The position numbers were made by a program, and so were the translations under genes. Below the pieces are notes generated by a model, which saw only the letters and a list, made by a program, of their open reading frames with translations, was not told the origin of the DNA and did no database searches. DNA of 63,162 bases, filler included, from Aplysia californica (Eukaryota), in assembly GCF_000002075.1 (NCBI RefSeq). It is 3 parts of 3 records of this genome, joined end to end, with 100 filler letters (N's around TTAATTAATTAA, not from the genome) between each part and the next. Parts side by side here need not be neighbours in the genome. Positions count along the whole stretch, not along the records: positions 1 to 27,255 come from NW_004797279.1; 2 more parts are not named here. The stretch is one strand, 5' to 3'. This document shows, one piece after another, positions 14,129 to 27,255 of this stretch (positions are counted from its first letter, which is position 1; every line of letters starts with the position of its first letter).

Positions 14129-17100
14129 GATGGTTGGAGGATGCTCTGGTGTGGTTTGCTCCTTCTTTCCTATCAAACATCTATCGTCCTGATCTCTCCT
14201 TTTTTTGTGTTTGTTACTCGCTTGTAACATCTCTAATCTTCGGCACTTATGTGACCTTATCATGTTGCCAGTGACGTAAAACTGTTACTAAAACTAAACA
14301 CACACATGCACACACACGCACGCGCACACACACTCACACACACATACATACACACGCATATACACACACGCACTGGTGGGAAATAATTAGCTTGGCTGTA
14401 GTATCTTTTAGTTTTCCACCCATGACAAATACTGTATAAGGAGAATTTATCTCAAATCTGACGCTTCCAATCAAGAAATGACCTGATATAATATACTATT
14501 TGATAGGAAATGGGCCAAAAATCCGACTTTTAAAGGAAAGAATAAATGATTCTGAAAAGCGCTGTTTGTGAACTTCATCTTTGTTGCATCATAATGTGGG
14601 TGACTCTAATAAAACTTGACCATAAATTCCAAACCACTGAGACACTCAAAGAATCCACAAGATAAATGAAAAAGATGCTGGTGCCTGCTGTAGTACATTC
14701 AGGTGAAATTTCGATGTGTTATTCATTGTCTCTTGATGTGTTTAATACATCGTTCAACTTTTTTGACTGTGTATATAAAGCCTTCTTGTGTTGAATATTG
14801 TTATGATAATCTGCAGTGTTTCGATTTAACTATATCTGAGTATTTAATCTTTAGTAATGATCGCCAACTCTGTTAAAAAAAAAAATCTATCTGAGGCATC
14901 TGTCTTACAAGTGTGTCAACGGGTGGTTAGCAGATGCTCTGGTGTGGTTTGCTCCTTCTTTCCTATCAAACACCCATCATCCTTTTCTCTCCTCCTTTTT
15001 TGTGTTTGTTATTCTCTTGTAACACCTTTCATCTTCAGCACTTACAGGAACTGTGTTGCAAGTGCCATAAAATGCTTACGTAAACCATTACAAGTGTGTC
15101 ATAACATTACAAACTTGGTGTACTTTGAATCGTGGTATGTTACCACCGGAAGGGTTGCACATCCTGCTGGTATGCAGGGGGGAGGGGGGAGGAGTTACAT
15201 GTTACCCAATGTCAATCTCCTTTTTTTCTGGGGGTTTTTTTTTTAGATGTTGCGTAAAAGTGTGGAAACGAGAGACTGGCTGAATACAATCGAGCCTCGC
15301 AACGTGAGAGCGGTGATGAAGAGAGTGGTGGAGGACATCACAGCCATAGATATGCAGGTAAGAACAGTTGTAGACAGCCATGTAAACCTTTTTAATTGAC
15401 AAACTGTGTGTTAGCTATGTTTTCATACTGTTATTTATCCTGTGGGCATTTAGCTTTTGCATTTATTATACAGATACATTTTTAATGACACTTCTCTCTT
15501 ATTGACTTTAAGGAATTTGAGCCATGTTGCTAAGCATATGTTGAGTGAAGAGACCAAAAGTATTGTATTTTAAAAATGCGAAGTACAAATTTTCTGGAGA
15601 AAGAAAAGACACATTTACTCTTTTGCTGCTTGTCACTTAACTCTTTTCCTACCTGGCCAAAATCCACCATTGACCCAGGGCTTTTCCATGACCTATTTTT
15701 ACGCCCCTACCCCACCAAAGGAAAATGTCAAAACATCCAACTAAACACACACAAACCTTATCGTACGGCCCATCAAACTGAAGGATAAAATATAATCTAT
15801 CAGATGGTGATACAATATTGAAGATTTATTTCAGTTATATTTGTTTGGGGTTTCTAAAAGTGATTATGCATTATTGAAAGTGTCGTATGAAATCAACAAT
15901 TTTCAAGCTTTGAAAGATCATATCTAAAAAGCTACAACAACAGCATCATTCAAACTTCCCAGGTAGGTTGCCCCAGATAATGTAAAGAAATGCTGAAAAT
16001 TAGGTATGTGTACTTAATATAGAAGTGAAAATATGAGACATATTCTGAAGTCAGGGGGGGGGGGCGCTTTTCTTCTCATTTTTATGTTTTGAATGGGACA
16101 AAAAAAGTGCTGAAATAACTAAAAATCATCTTTCACTGCTATATTTTCTTTCATATCTGCAGACAGGAAGTCTATTCTATTATTTGGAAAACGTGGACTC
16201 GCCCAAGAATTTCGTGTGTTTTCATTACTGGATTGAAATAGATAGCGAGCCACTCGGTCCAGCGAGTAGGAAAAGTGTTATGCTTTTTATTTTTAAATCT
16301 TACGTTGCTTGGCAATTTTACTGTTTTACTAGTAAAAATGCCTTGCTGCACTGTCAGATCTCTCTCAGCAGGAAAATGTTTCATCCTATCTTGCGATACA
16401 TTTGGTTTCCTTCCCTTGGTGTATCATGGCAGCTACAGTTTAATAGACATGGGTAAATAGAGACATAGGAGTAGGCTGTACTCGGGAAAAAAAACGAGAT
16501 ATGGCTGTCGCAGCTAGAGATGTGTACCTGTGTTTATTGTCAGTGCACACTTATTTTATTCCAGTCAAATTCTGTGGGAACTGTAGAATGAAAATGACTT
16601 ATGTTGCCAGGTGTCCATATACTTCTCTGATTTTGGTGCAATCTGGTTCCATTGTCCAAAGTTGAAATAGTTTAATTTTCTGGGTCACAAATGAATCAAA
16701 TATGCAACCACTTGACAAATCAAGATTCAAAATTAATGTTGGGAGGACTGAAGCTCAACCGTTGACTCGTACTGTGACCCGACTCATTCTGTAAATATTC
16801 ACTGACCATTATAAGAGAAGTCTGTGTGGCAGTGGATCGACTGACACTACTGTTCTGGTTTCTCTCCCCGTATTTCTAGGTTGGTCAGCTGTATGAGGAA
16901 GGTGTACGGAAAGAGCGGAGCAGTGATTCGAGTCGTCGCACACATGCTCTCAGCTCCTCACAGGCAAATAGACGTCCACAGTGGAACTATGCTCCAAGGT
17001 AAACGTTGTTGCTGTGGAGGAGGGGGGGAGGGCGCTTTTCCTGACTTTTCTGTTGTCCATTTGTGCCTTTTTTGAAAACATATGATATATGTGTCTCGAC

Positions 17101-20100
17101 ATTGTGAAATCAGGCGCTTGTCAAAATACAGAAATTGGAGAGAGGCATTTTTCCGCCAGTTTGGAAATTTTTATCGAATTTATTTTTTTTGGCTCAACTT
17201 CTTTTAAGTCCATATAAAAACAATTTTCCATGTGACTTTTACTTAAAAGCATTGATTAAAGGCACATAATATGTTATTTTTCTGTTTTCAAGGACTCTTT
17301 AAATGTTGGAGTTACCAAACTTTGGCGACCATTTTCCTGCTAATTTCACAACTGAAACCAGGCGACCCCACTTCCTATAATCGCAAATACCTTGAGTTCT
17401 ATTCAAGACAGATGGATATTTATTTCAATTAACACAAGGCAAATAAATCAGCTTTTAGATGATACCAATAACTCTACCTGCTAAAAAATTTACGAGTGCC
17501 TGATTCCACCGCGTCGTGACACATATGAATGAAATTTCAAACGTTTTGATATCCCATCTTTTTTCCACACCCAGTACTACGTTAGTAACTTGTGTCTTTA
17601 TATTGTTCATTCTTGCATTCTGTTCTATAAATTACTGTTTGTGATGAAGAAAAAAAGGTCACTTTGGTATCCTTGCTGAAATTTCTTGAAACTGGTGTTT
17701 ATTTACACTCACAACATACTGCCTGATCCCATACAAAGTACACTACCATCAATTCGAAGGACTAATGCTGTTGGCGAATATGCAGGACAGTCCAATTTTT
17801 CGAAAAAAAAGTCAGCCCATTTTTCTTAAGACACCCGTTTCTAAACTAGCTCTTCGGCTTTGTTTGACTCAAATCTCTGTTGAAAATGCATATTTTTGGT
17901 CTTTTTCAGTGTGGACAACAGTCTAATGAGCAACATACAAAAACTTTTCTCTGAGAAAATTGAGATCTTCAGTGCTGTCGAATTTTCCAAAGTGTCTGTT
18001 CTCACTGGCATTGTCAAGATTAGTTTGAAGGTAACCTATAAATGTTGTCGCCTCTAAGGGGAACATGATCTTCTACTTGTTTTAACTCTGTGAAAAATCA
18101 TTTTTAAGTTCCACTGAAGTAGAATGTCTAGCTATATTGTGAAAATAAGTGTGTATGTTGGAAGATTAAAAGTGTACTTTTTTACATTTGTCTATGCCCT
18201 CTGACAGAAGGCTTGCATGTTTCCCATTAACTCGCATAGCCAGTTTGTTTTTTCTAATCTGCCATTGATCAGCCTGAGAACATTCTGTATAAGAGTCTAT
18301 GAGGCTCATATTGTCTTCATTATCATGACGTGCCATTGCTGTTTCCATCATCAGTAAAATGTAACTAGATGAATTGAGGAAAATTTGTGAACTGGCAGTT
18401 TTTAAATTGAAAGCCTAATGAGCCTTAACTAAGACACCACATAACATAACTTAATACAAATTCTAACATTCAGGTATTTATATATAACTTTTGAAGAATC
18501 TTTCAGAACAATATCATCTACTTTCCTGATAAATTGCATTGTTCTAAGTGATTACCTGAAGAATTTGGTATTCAGAAACAGTCTGTTGGAAAAAATAAGG
18601 GATTTGATAGTTTTTATAAGTTGTGTTATGTGTGTTTTCATTTCAGTAATGCCCCAGTGACACCGCTTGGTTTCAGATTGTCTCATTGCTTGTGTGAAAC
18701 TAGTAACTTGCTTATTTCTGTTTCTTTTTATATGCTGCATACTTATTTTAATTGCTTCCTTGTTGTTTTTTAAATTGCCAGACATTTCTGGAGTGTGTTC
18801 GGCTGAGAACTTTTGGGAGGTACGGACTGCAACAGATTCAGGTGGACACACACTATCTGCAGTTGTATCTGTGGAGATTTGTCTCTGATGAGAAGTGAGT
18901 TCTTGGTCTTAATAATTTCTCATCCCCTTTCCTTCCTCTGTTGATAGTAGTTTGAGCTTTGAAGAGATACTCACCTCATACGATAAAAGTCTTTGTTCAC
19001 ACAAGTAGGCTCCATGGATTTTTAGTTCTTTTTGTCCCAGGATTTTTGTACATTAGTCAAAGAATAAGTCGGATTATGCTCCTGGTGTTCTTGGATGATG
19101 ACAAAAACCTTAGAGCAAGTTTTAAAATTCAGTTTAAAGGGTATTTTAATCTTTCCTGTACTTCTTTGTCATTAGAATCAGTGTCATTGAAGGTTTGTTC
19201 TAATTATTTGCCTGCAGTTTGATTTTAATCTAACTACTGTGTTGTTGCAGCTGTTATATTATAATGAATGCAGTTTGCTAGCCCTACGTATTTAGTAAAT
19301 AAATTGCAGCATATTTCCTTGAATTGTTTTCCCCAAGTTTTGAAAGAATGGGATAAAGAGTTACAATCATAATTGAAAAGGAAAATTGTGCTGCTTCATA
19401 ATATGCGCACATAATATATCCATGTTCACTGAAAACACACACAAATATTGACTTACATGCAAGGAGCAGCAAAGAAAAGCGTTTAAAATAAGTGTGTATA
19501 TACGTATTTTCAATGCTTTTCTCTGCCGGTCCTCAACTATTTCAAATATAATTTAAAAAGAAAATGTCATTATCATTGGAGCAGCGAAATCCTCAGCTGT
19601 TCTTGTCCTGGAATCGCTCATGTTCTATGACTAATTCACTGACTCTTGACCGTACAACATTAAGGTAAACTTGACCTTCATTACCTTTTTTGTTGCCAGC
19701 CTGGTGCAAGTGTTGCTGGATGAGATTGTGTGCAGTGCGGTGCACCGCTGTGTTGACCCTGTCATGATGGAGCCCAGTGTAAGTGTAGCTGTAACTGTTT
19801 TTCTCTTATTCCTTGATCCAGTTTTGTACTGCACTACTTGCAACCAGTGTTTCTGTTTAGGTTGACTCTTTTCCATACGGGTAGTTGAAAGGGAAAGCGC
19901 TTTGAAGGTCTTCTCCATACTTTTTTCTCTCCTGTTTTTCCACTATCTTACTCTTGTTTGCTGAACTATGATGACTCAATGACAGCTGTCCTTGTCTCAA
20001 CCTGTTTTCTAACCTTTTGTGGGATGGGCTTTGTGGTATCTTTACTTTCTCCAGTCCCTTGTGCTTTCATAAAATTGAATCTACATTTTTTCACTCTCTC

Positions 20101-20716
20101 TCTTTTGTTTTTGGTACTTTCACTTTACAACTCAGGACCACCAAAAAATGCTTAAGTCATGATGCAAGTGAACAGAACTAGTGTCCCAGATACATCTTGC
20201 TGTATTTCTAATCCAATAATGCCCTCTCTACTGCCATTGTTAACGACCAAGACAAATTTCTCCCTGCGAGATGAATAAAGATTGTCATTGTCATTGTCAT
20301 TGTCATTGTCTTTATAGGCATCGATGAGGATTGAAGAGAAAATATTTTTAACAAGTAGCTAGCTAGGGTTTGTCTCATTGGCATTTTAAAGGGGTTTTTT
20401 TTGGATGGTATGCATGGTTGAGTTATCTTGTTTATTTTATAGATTGTCTCAGTTGCAAAATGGCCAGGTTAAAAAGATAATTCTATTTTGTAGTAGGCAG
20501 AAAAATGTCTTATTTGTAGCTGATTTACTACAAACATTGCTAAATTTTAGCTTTTTACTGTACTTCTCTTTCTTTTTCTTTTTGTACAGCCAGTTTGAAG
20601 AACAATTTTTACAAGTCTGTGGGTTGATGAATGACTTTGAACTCACCTCGAATTTGAACATCGATCCACTTTTTTCTTCTTTTCAGGTGATCGACTTGAT
20701 ATGTGAACGAGGGTGA
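478..20716 (+). CDS. VPS51: Vacuolar protein sorting-associated protein 51 (GARP/EARP subunit), 20 visible coding exons; start-codon exon lies upstream of the window
   Basis: GT-AG exons with consistent phases: 478-662, 1164-1298, 2058-2287, 3650-3782, 4428-4516, 5169-5289, 5679-5782, 6099-6198, 8686-8786, 9342-9421, 10179-10321, 11344-11466, 12522-12626, 13616-13756, 15247-15357, 16880-16998, 17910-18030, 18782-18894, 19700-19778, 20687-20716 (about 786 codons). The translation has recognisable VPS51 segments: [102 protein letters not shown] and C-terminal [13 protein letters not shown]. The first visible exon starts in phase 1 after TTTGCAG. Confidence 0.97.
2478..3161. mobile_element. Non-autonomous hAT-like DNA transposon in VPS51 intron
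   Basis: Perfect terminal inverted repeats CATACCTGCCAAC/GTTGGCAGGTATG, flanked on both sides by CATATG. Confidence 0.7.
4495..4790 (+). repeat. Degenerate tandem repeat derived from the VPS51 exon 4428-4516 / donor junction
   Basis: Recurring TGTGATGAAT(A/G)TCTCT(C/T)ACAGT units matching the exon end TGTGTGACGAATATCTCTCACA|GTAAGT. Confidence 0.75.
6543..6967. mobile_element. MITE family A, copy 1
   Basis: Ends resemble GTG..GTGGTGGAATCAGGCGCTCGTCAAAA and its complement; internal similarity to the other eight copies. Confidence 0.8.
7113..8409. mobile_element. Non-autonomous hAT-like DNA transposon (about 1.3 kb) in VPS51 intron
   Basis: TIRs CAGGGTCCTCACCA/TGGTGAGGACCCTG; flanks TATCTC/TATCTA; subterminal GGAAA repeats. 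Confidence 0.72.
14051..14125. repeat. (CA)n microsatellite; other microsatellites at about 5800-5990, 25440-25509, 28895-28981, 29149-29231 (GAT), 34857-34939 (TTA), 37883-37967 and 45050-45252
   Basis: Directly visible; many N-gaps abut such repeats. Confidence 0.95.
14128..14298 (+). mobile_element. SINE-like repeat family C, 3' part (other copies at about 14920-15085 +, 22148-22280 -, 34646-34765 -, 61726-61905 -)
   Basis: Shared GATGCTCTGGTGTGGTTTGCTCCTTCTTTCCTATCAAACA...GTTACTCTCTTGTAACACCTCTAATCTTC...GTTGC.AGTGCCGTAAAAC sequence ending in ACTAAAACTAAA. Confidence 0.7.
17091..17522. mobile_element. MITE family A, copy 2
   Basis: Same TIRs; ATAT direct repeats on both flanks. Confidence 0.85.
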
Positions 20717-20995
20717 TAACTATCTTGAAACTAGGGCAATTCTTGGTGATAGCTCAACTTGAATGTGATGTTATAGTCTGAGTTCTGACTGGAAATCCGT
20801 GGTGTGTGTCCGGCTTTGATCAGGCTGATGAAAATGTTGGGAAGCATTTTATTTATGTTGGAGAAGGCATGCAGTGTGGGATGTAGTTAGTAATGGAATT
20901 TCATTTATTTTGTTTCCTGTTCCAATTTTTACATTTTTACTTTCCAGGATTTTTTTTGGGTTTATTATTTCATCCTTTTTTTCCCATACACATTT

Positions 20996-21422
20996 GTGAG
21001 GCAGCGTGGTGGAATCAGGCTCTCGTCAATTTTTGGGCATGTAGAGTTATTGGTATCGTCTTGTTCACTTGTCTTTATTTGGATGAAAAAAATATCCATT
21101 TATCTTGAATACAAGTCGAGATATTTGCAAAATAAGGAGGTGGGGGTCGCTTGTTTTCAGAGGTAAAATTAGTGAGAAAATGGCTGCCAAACATTAGTTC
21201 TTTCCTTAGCTTAAGAGTCCTTGATAACTGAAAATTTACATTTTTTGTGCCTTTAACAACGTTTTTCAGAAAAATCCACACAGAAATGAGTTCTTTAATG
21301 GGCATGAAAGGTGTTGAGCCAAAAACCCAAAATTTGATAAAAATTCACAAACCTGCGGAAAAATGCAAGTTTCTTCCCTTTGATTATTTTGACGAGAGCC
21401 TGATTCCACCACGTTGCCTCAC
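20996..21422. mobile_element. MITE family A, copy 3 (just downstream of the VPS51 stop)
   Basis: Near-perfect TIR of about 33 bp (GTGAGGCAGCGTGGTGGAATCAGGCTCTCGTCAA); ATTT TSD. Confidence 0.88.
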
Positions 21423-21895
21423 ATTTATTCATCTTAGGTCAAAATTGACTCCAGCTTATAAACCTTCACGGAGCTATGTTATCACTTGTATATTTTTTCA
21501 CACTTTTCTGTGCAATAAGAGGTTAACCAGTATAATAGATATGTGTACATTCAAATGTAAATGCCTATTACTATTAATAAAGATTATGACTATGACTTGT
21601 GTAGCATTGTTTGTGGTGTGCTGACCTTCAAATTTCCGAAAAATCTGATTTTGTTTTTGTCTTGTGCTTTTCTTGTGCTTTGTCTTTCGGGGATGTTTTT
21701 GCTGTTTCTTAGGGTCAAGTTGATCTGTGGACAAATGTTTATCACGACTACCTGGTTTGGGGAGGTGACATTCCTATTAGAAGTAGGCCTTGTTCTGGCC
21801 CTACAGACAGCAGTGTTTGTTTGCACCTACAATAGTATCTTGTAATACATGTAATGGCATGTGTGACTAATTAGCCCTGAGCCTGCTCTCTAGTG

Positions 21896-22110
21896 GATCA
21901 CTACCTTGTAGTGGTTAGAGAGCTTGTGTGCCTCAGTGACCCCAAGAGCTATGCTGGCTAGAGTTAATGCTCCTGGTAGGGCCACCCATGCCAGACAGGT
22001 CGACAGGTAGAGGTCAGACGAAGTGTGATCCACCGGCCCTCCAGGTTTCGGAGGTTCAGCTCAGGGCTAACGACCCAGACGGGTAAAAATCATATGTTAC
22101 GGAAACAGCC
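21896..22110 (+). mobile_element. 5' UTR fragment of an RTE-clade LINE
   Basis: CACTACCTTGTAGTGG...GAGCTATGC...CCTGGTAGGGCCACCCATGCCAGACAGGTC...CCCTCCAGGTT...GGGCTAACGACCC...GTTACGGAAAC resembles RTE 5' leaders (recognised from memory, not searched). Confidence 0.6.
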
Positions 22111-22779
22111 GAAAAGAGAAACCATATTAGCTTCCCTAAACGTCTCTTAGTAGTCTTAGCAGAGGTTTTAAGGCGCTCGCAACTGCATAAGGTCATATGA
22201 GCACCAGAAGATTAGAGGTGTTACAAGAGAGTAACAAACATAAAAAAGAAGAAGGGGAGATAAGGACGATAGATGCCTAAACATCTGATGGCGTAACGGG
22301 TAGTAAGTAAGTAAACTGTCAGAAAATGCAAGCATTCCGGAATGAGTTTATTATTTTTTTTATGAACTGCAAGATATGAGTCACCTGTACACATCTGGTA
22401 TTACAAAGGTGAAGGCCTTGCTCTGGAAAGTAGCGAATGGTGCATTTTTGTGTCTAGGACAGGATTATGTTTTATTAGGGTAGTAATGTATGATTAATAA
22501 TTCTTGTCACTGAAACATACTAAGTTCCTTACAATTGTTTGCTGTTTTATATTTGCTACATTTTTGCTGTGAAAGAATCAAAGAGACTGAGAGGAGAAAA
22601 GTTTTGTCTTGACCATTTTCATGTTTGATATCTGTCTAGTGAGCATTTTACTGTTGGAGCAAACAGTGCTTGTGCTTAATGGTACTATGTTTTTTGGTCC
22701 ACTTTTATTGGCTTGAAGACTTAAAAAAGCATGGATCACTTTTGTAAAATTAAGAAGATTTTAAGATAATTTCATTGAA

Positions 22780-23097
22780 GTCAAAATTAAAAAGAGTTGG
22801 AATTGAAGATATCAACATGACCATAAAAGGGAGAAGATGGGAGATATTTGGCACATGTATTGACTCTGAGAATGCCAAAGTAGGCAAGATTGCCCTATCA
22901 GACATGGTATTGGAGACCAACTAAAAAACAAAAAGAGTTAGACCAGCTGGAAGCTACAAAGGCACAATAGGAGATAAAGCAATCGCCCAGGGCTAGGATG
23001 TGCTGAGATTGCAGAAGGTGACTAGGGACAGGCAAGCATGGCATTGACTGCTGTCCGCCTTATGTACCAGACAGTATAGGGAGAGAGTAAGTAAGTT
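22780..23097 (+). mobile_element. Decayed 3' end of an RTE-clade LINE
   Basis: Frameshifted RRW...DRQAW..L.SALC C-terminal pattern ending in an AGTA-repeat tail. Confidence 0.55.
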
Positions 23098-23329
23098 TAT
23101 TTACACACAGCTGCTGTGTGCCACTAAATGATGGTTGCAATAAGTACAAAGAAAGAACTTTCAGTCATCCTGAGTCTTTTGTGGTATAGCTTGTGGTTTT
23201 GCTTCTGTGGTTTTTTTGTGTGTGTTGAGGATGGCGTTGACTTCCTTTGATTGCGATCTTTTGCAATCTGTTCCCTGGTTTTGAAGCTAGTCTCTGTTGA
23301 AGTTGTGTTACTTTTTCTTTTGTTTTCTA

Positions 23330-23775
23330 CCTGAGTAGAGAATGACAAAGAGCAGGGTACTTCTGTATTTAATCGTGTTCTCGGAGAGCATCAAACTGAG
23401 TGAGGAGCCTTGAAAATTCTCCAGGCAACCCAAGTTCAAGAAACATAATGCTTCATTGGGGATTCGAATCAGGGTCATTTGCACCTGACAAATAGGATAC
23501 AATGAAGAAGATTGAAGCAAATTGCAAGCGACAGCTTATGACGAATATACTGGACACACAGTGCGAAAAGAGTCACATTGGAGGATATTGTAACAACAGG
23601 CAAGTTTGATGGAAAGTGGCAGAGGAAGACGGAGGGAAAAGATACTGGACAAGCTGACAACATGGCTGGGAACAGCAAGGCAAGAACGACAGACACCATC
23701 GCTGCAACGCAAGACAGTGAAGTGGAAGTCCATGATCGCCCACGCTGGTCAGCAAGGCACCGGATGATGATGAAT
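23330..23775 (+). mobile_element. Decayed 3' end of an RTE-clade LINE
   Basis: LEDIVTTGKFDGKWQR...IAATQD...SMIAHA pattern typical of RTE ORF ends, followed by a GAT tail. Confidence 0.6.
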
Positions 23776-23975
23776 AGAATAACATGTGCTAACTGAGCTT
23801 ACGGTGCACTCAGGCAAAATCGAGAAAATTACTAACCATAGCAATATGTTTAAGATATAAACCAAGGTTTATTCAAACATGTGTACTGACTACTGAAAAG
23901 TGTAACGCTATATCTTTCACATAAAATACCCCTGTGATTGGCATAGAGGTAAGGAATAAAGTTCGTCATTAATTG

Positions 23976-25438
23976 TTACAAGATTCTCGTGTCAAAAATT
24001 GGGAACACCCGCAAACATCTTGACTTCCGGATCCAGTTTGGAAGAAAAGGCAGTCTGTAGAATCGTGTCCCCTCGGCGTATTTGATGACTGGGGCCTCTT
24101 TGTCAGAACTGGCCTCTACTTCTTTCAGTTGCTCCAACAGGCCACGCTCATGTAGGGTCCCTGGGCATGAGAGATGGACACATTTGAATTTGATGTTTTC
24201 CTGTGAGTAATTCCTACTGCAGAGAATAAGTCATTTCAAGGGTGACGTACTTGATCCAGTACTATGAAGAGTAAAGGAAGAAGGATAGACAGAAAGCATG
24301 ATGTATAATAATGCAAAGTAAACACACATGATTTTGGTACATCAAGGTGTAGATTTAGGCAGATGTGCGTGCTTGCTATTGTTATAATTTCGGTGTTCGA
24401 GGAGTTGAGCCACCAGCTGGGGTGCAGAAGACGTTTATTTCACGCCGAACTACGGAACGTTTTCCTTTACATGCTGATAGTTTATCAAACATAAGACACA
24501 TACACCCGATGTGAATGGCCCAGGATCTAACCCTCAAAGTTGCATTCGTAAACCTGGGTTGTTTGGGAGTTTTCGAGGCTGTTCTCCTACTTGGTTAAGT
24601 TCTGTTGGAGACTAACGTTAAATTTAAGTAAAAATAAGAGGTGTCGCCTATTAAATGAACTTGGATAGTATTTCATGTAGTGTTTATAGAGTCATTAAAA
24701 TCACCCCTGGCTTTCCTGACAACAGGCATAGATAATCTCTCTCTGTGTAGAGCTGAGTCTTGAAATTTGAGGAATGAAGCAGCAACTGTCTTATCAGGAC
24801 CTGAAGATTGCTGGGGATAACTTTTTTTCCCCAGCACTACTAAATGACCATATTAAATTACATGTATTGTGTCGATGTGCTTCTCTTATTCTTAACCAAA
24901 CAAAACCCCCAAACAACAAAACAAAGGCAAACGTTTTTAGAAGCCGCAAGTTGAACTGCTCTTGTGATACATGTATTCTCAGTTATGTTTTAAAAAAAGA
25001 CCCCCTCCAAAAAAAAAAACCCAACAAAAAAAACCAAGACAAAACAAAAGGAAAGAACCAAAATCTACGTGACAAGTCATATTATATCACCTGCGCAAAG
25101 AAAGCGGCGTGTATGGTATTTTTTTTAGTCTTTTGGAGCTGTCTCACGAGTACCGAGAATAACTCCTTTACTATCTGAGATCAGGGGAAAAGGTTTTGCA
25201 GCAAAGTTTTTACGGCACACACGTAACGTAGCTCTTTTGATATCTGTACTCTCACNNNNNNNNNNNNNNNNNNNNNNNNNNNNNNNNNNNNNNNNNNNNN
25301 NNNNNNNNNNNNNNNNNNNNNNNNNNNNNNNNNNNNNNNNNNNNNNNNNNNNNNNNNNNNNNNNNNNNNNNNNNNNNNNNNNNNNNNNNNNNNNNNNNNN
25401 NNNNNNNNNNNNNNCAGTCTCTCACGCACAAAAAGCAT

Positions 25439-25510
<72 letters not shown>

Positions 25511-26934
25511 TAATCATCACCAATGTGTATCATGAAACTGGCAAATGAACAAAATCACGCGGGCAGTAGTATATGCCTAAAACATAATATTTCGAATTAT
25601 CTTATCCTTTTAGGGTTGGTAATTATTATTAAGCCGTATTTAAAGGCCCAGGCTATGGTCAATGAAAAAAAATGCATCTTTTTCTTACCATGGACTGTGT
25701 TGTCCAACACGCAAGCAAAGAAGCCCCCAATAAACGATGGATTCGACAGCAACATTTTGATGGCAGAGTTTCCATTCGCGTTACCTAGATGAAGACCGAA
25801 GGTATAATTTAGTTTTAGCTGTAGCAGCGCAGGAACAGAAGCATGTTTCATCATCATCATCATCATCATCAGCAGCAGCATCAGCAGCAGCAGCAGCAGC
25901 TTTAGTAATAGTAGTAAAAGGCATAAACTTTCATACCGCCCACCTGCATGTATTTTTAACTGGGAGTTACAGGCGAGGCGAAATTACGTTTTCAGCTGAA
26001 TTTGTTATCTTTATACTAAGACTAAGATTTTACTGCATTAAACTCAACTACTAAACTCAAGCGAGTTCAACACAAGGGGAGTCGACTGTATCGAGTAAAC
26101 AACCCCCAACCCNNNNNNNNNNNNNNNNNNNNNNNNNNNNNNNNNNNNNNNNNNNNNNNNNNNNNNNNNNNNNNNNNNNNNNNNNNNNNNNNNNNNNNNN
26201 NNNNNNNNNNNNNNNNNNNNNNNNNNNNNNNNNNNNNNNNNNNNNNNNNNNNNNNNNNNNNNNNNNNNNNNNNNNNNNNNNNNNNNNNNNNNNNNNCCTT
26301 CCCCCCAACCCCCATAATAAACAACTAATAGTTTTCCAGGAGAAAAGATCAATAGTTTTGTGAATACTCAGATAACTAAATCTATAGATATAAAATATAT
26401 ACAGCACTGACATTCTCCGTATGATTATCTAAACGTTTCATGTAATAATAGTAATATTCAGACCTTTGCATCCAATCACGAAAGCGCTCACACCCATCCC
26501 AAACCAAACAGTGCATAAAATAACCATAACCTATTTGGGTAGTACCCAACTACTAGAGATAAGCGTCTGATGTCTCCACTTTCGTTTCGACAAATCTGTA
26601 CTACGAGTCGCAAACTCAAAGACATGTTCTCATAGGACAGCGAGGACGGGGGGCGGGGGGGGACCACCACTGAAAGTAAAAGCGCTATTCGTTACGTCTC
26701 TTCTACTTCTACTGATGCTGATTTCATGCACAACGACATTTATTATTTATTAAACTAACTTTGGGAAAGGCGTTCAAGTTCAAGTCATTCACTACAGCAA
26801 GGAAGAACTAAATAAGATACTTTACCTATGTTTATGGCATGCGGGTTTTTCTTCATCCAAGATGGAAGCATTAATCCAAGCAGAACAGACATGCCCATGA
26901 TGAGGATGTTCCTTTCCGAGTTCAGATTCACAGT
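23976..26934 (-). CDS. SLC23 family (nucleobase/ascorbate transporter), last three coding exons; 5' part lost at the scaffold join
   Basis: Exons 26934-26826 (TVNLNSERNILIMGMSVLLGLMLPSWMKKNPHAINI), 25784-25689 (GNANGNSAIKMLLSNPSFIGGFFACVLDNTVH) and 24160-23976 (GTLHERGLLEQ...YRLPFLPNWIRKSRCLRVFPIFDTRIL*), with canonical splice sites and phases 0/1/1. Matches the SLC23 C-terminal pattern DLNSxRN...G..LP / LL...FVGG..A..LDNTIPGT.EERG...Y.LP. Minus-strand AATAAA at 23868-23873. Confidence 0.92.
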
Positions 26935-27255
26935 CTGGGGACAGTGGTGATTATGATGATGATAATGATAATAACAATATTATATTGTAAAAATGATAAT
27001 CATATTAATAGTAATGATAAGAAGAACATGGTCACAATATCGGCTATCGTGGCACAAGCCGACCCGACCCGACCGGACCCGATCCCATCCGCAGTGGGCA
27101 TCCCGTATTAGAGAACCATACACAGGTATACCAAACCATGCCCAGTGATTGTGAGCCATCACCCATGTCCCCGCAATCATTCATCAAAACGCCTGACTGT
27201 TTTTTGTGTGTTTTTGTTTTGTTTTTTAAAACCTGAGTTCAATATTAACGTCATT

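Noticed and set aside
16153-16517. Possible Academ-like TIR element (TATCTGCAGACAG ... CTGTCGCAGCTA)
   Set aside because: The inverted match is short and imperfect, with a single copy and no clear TSD.
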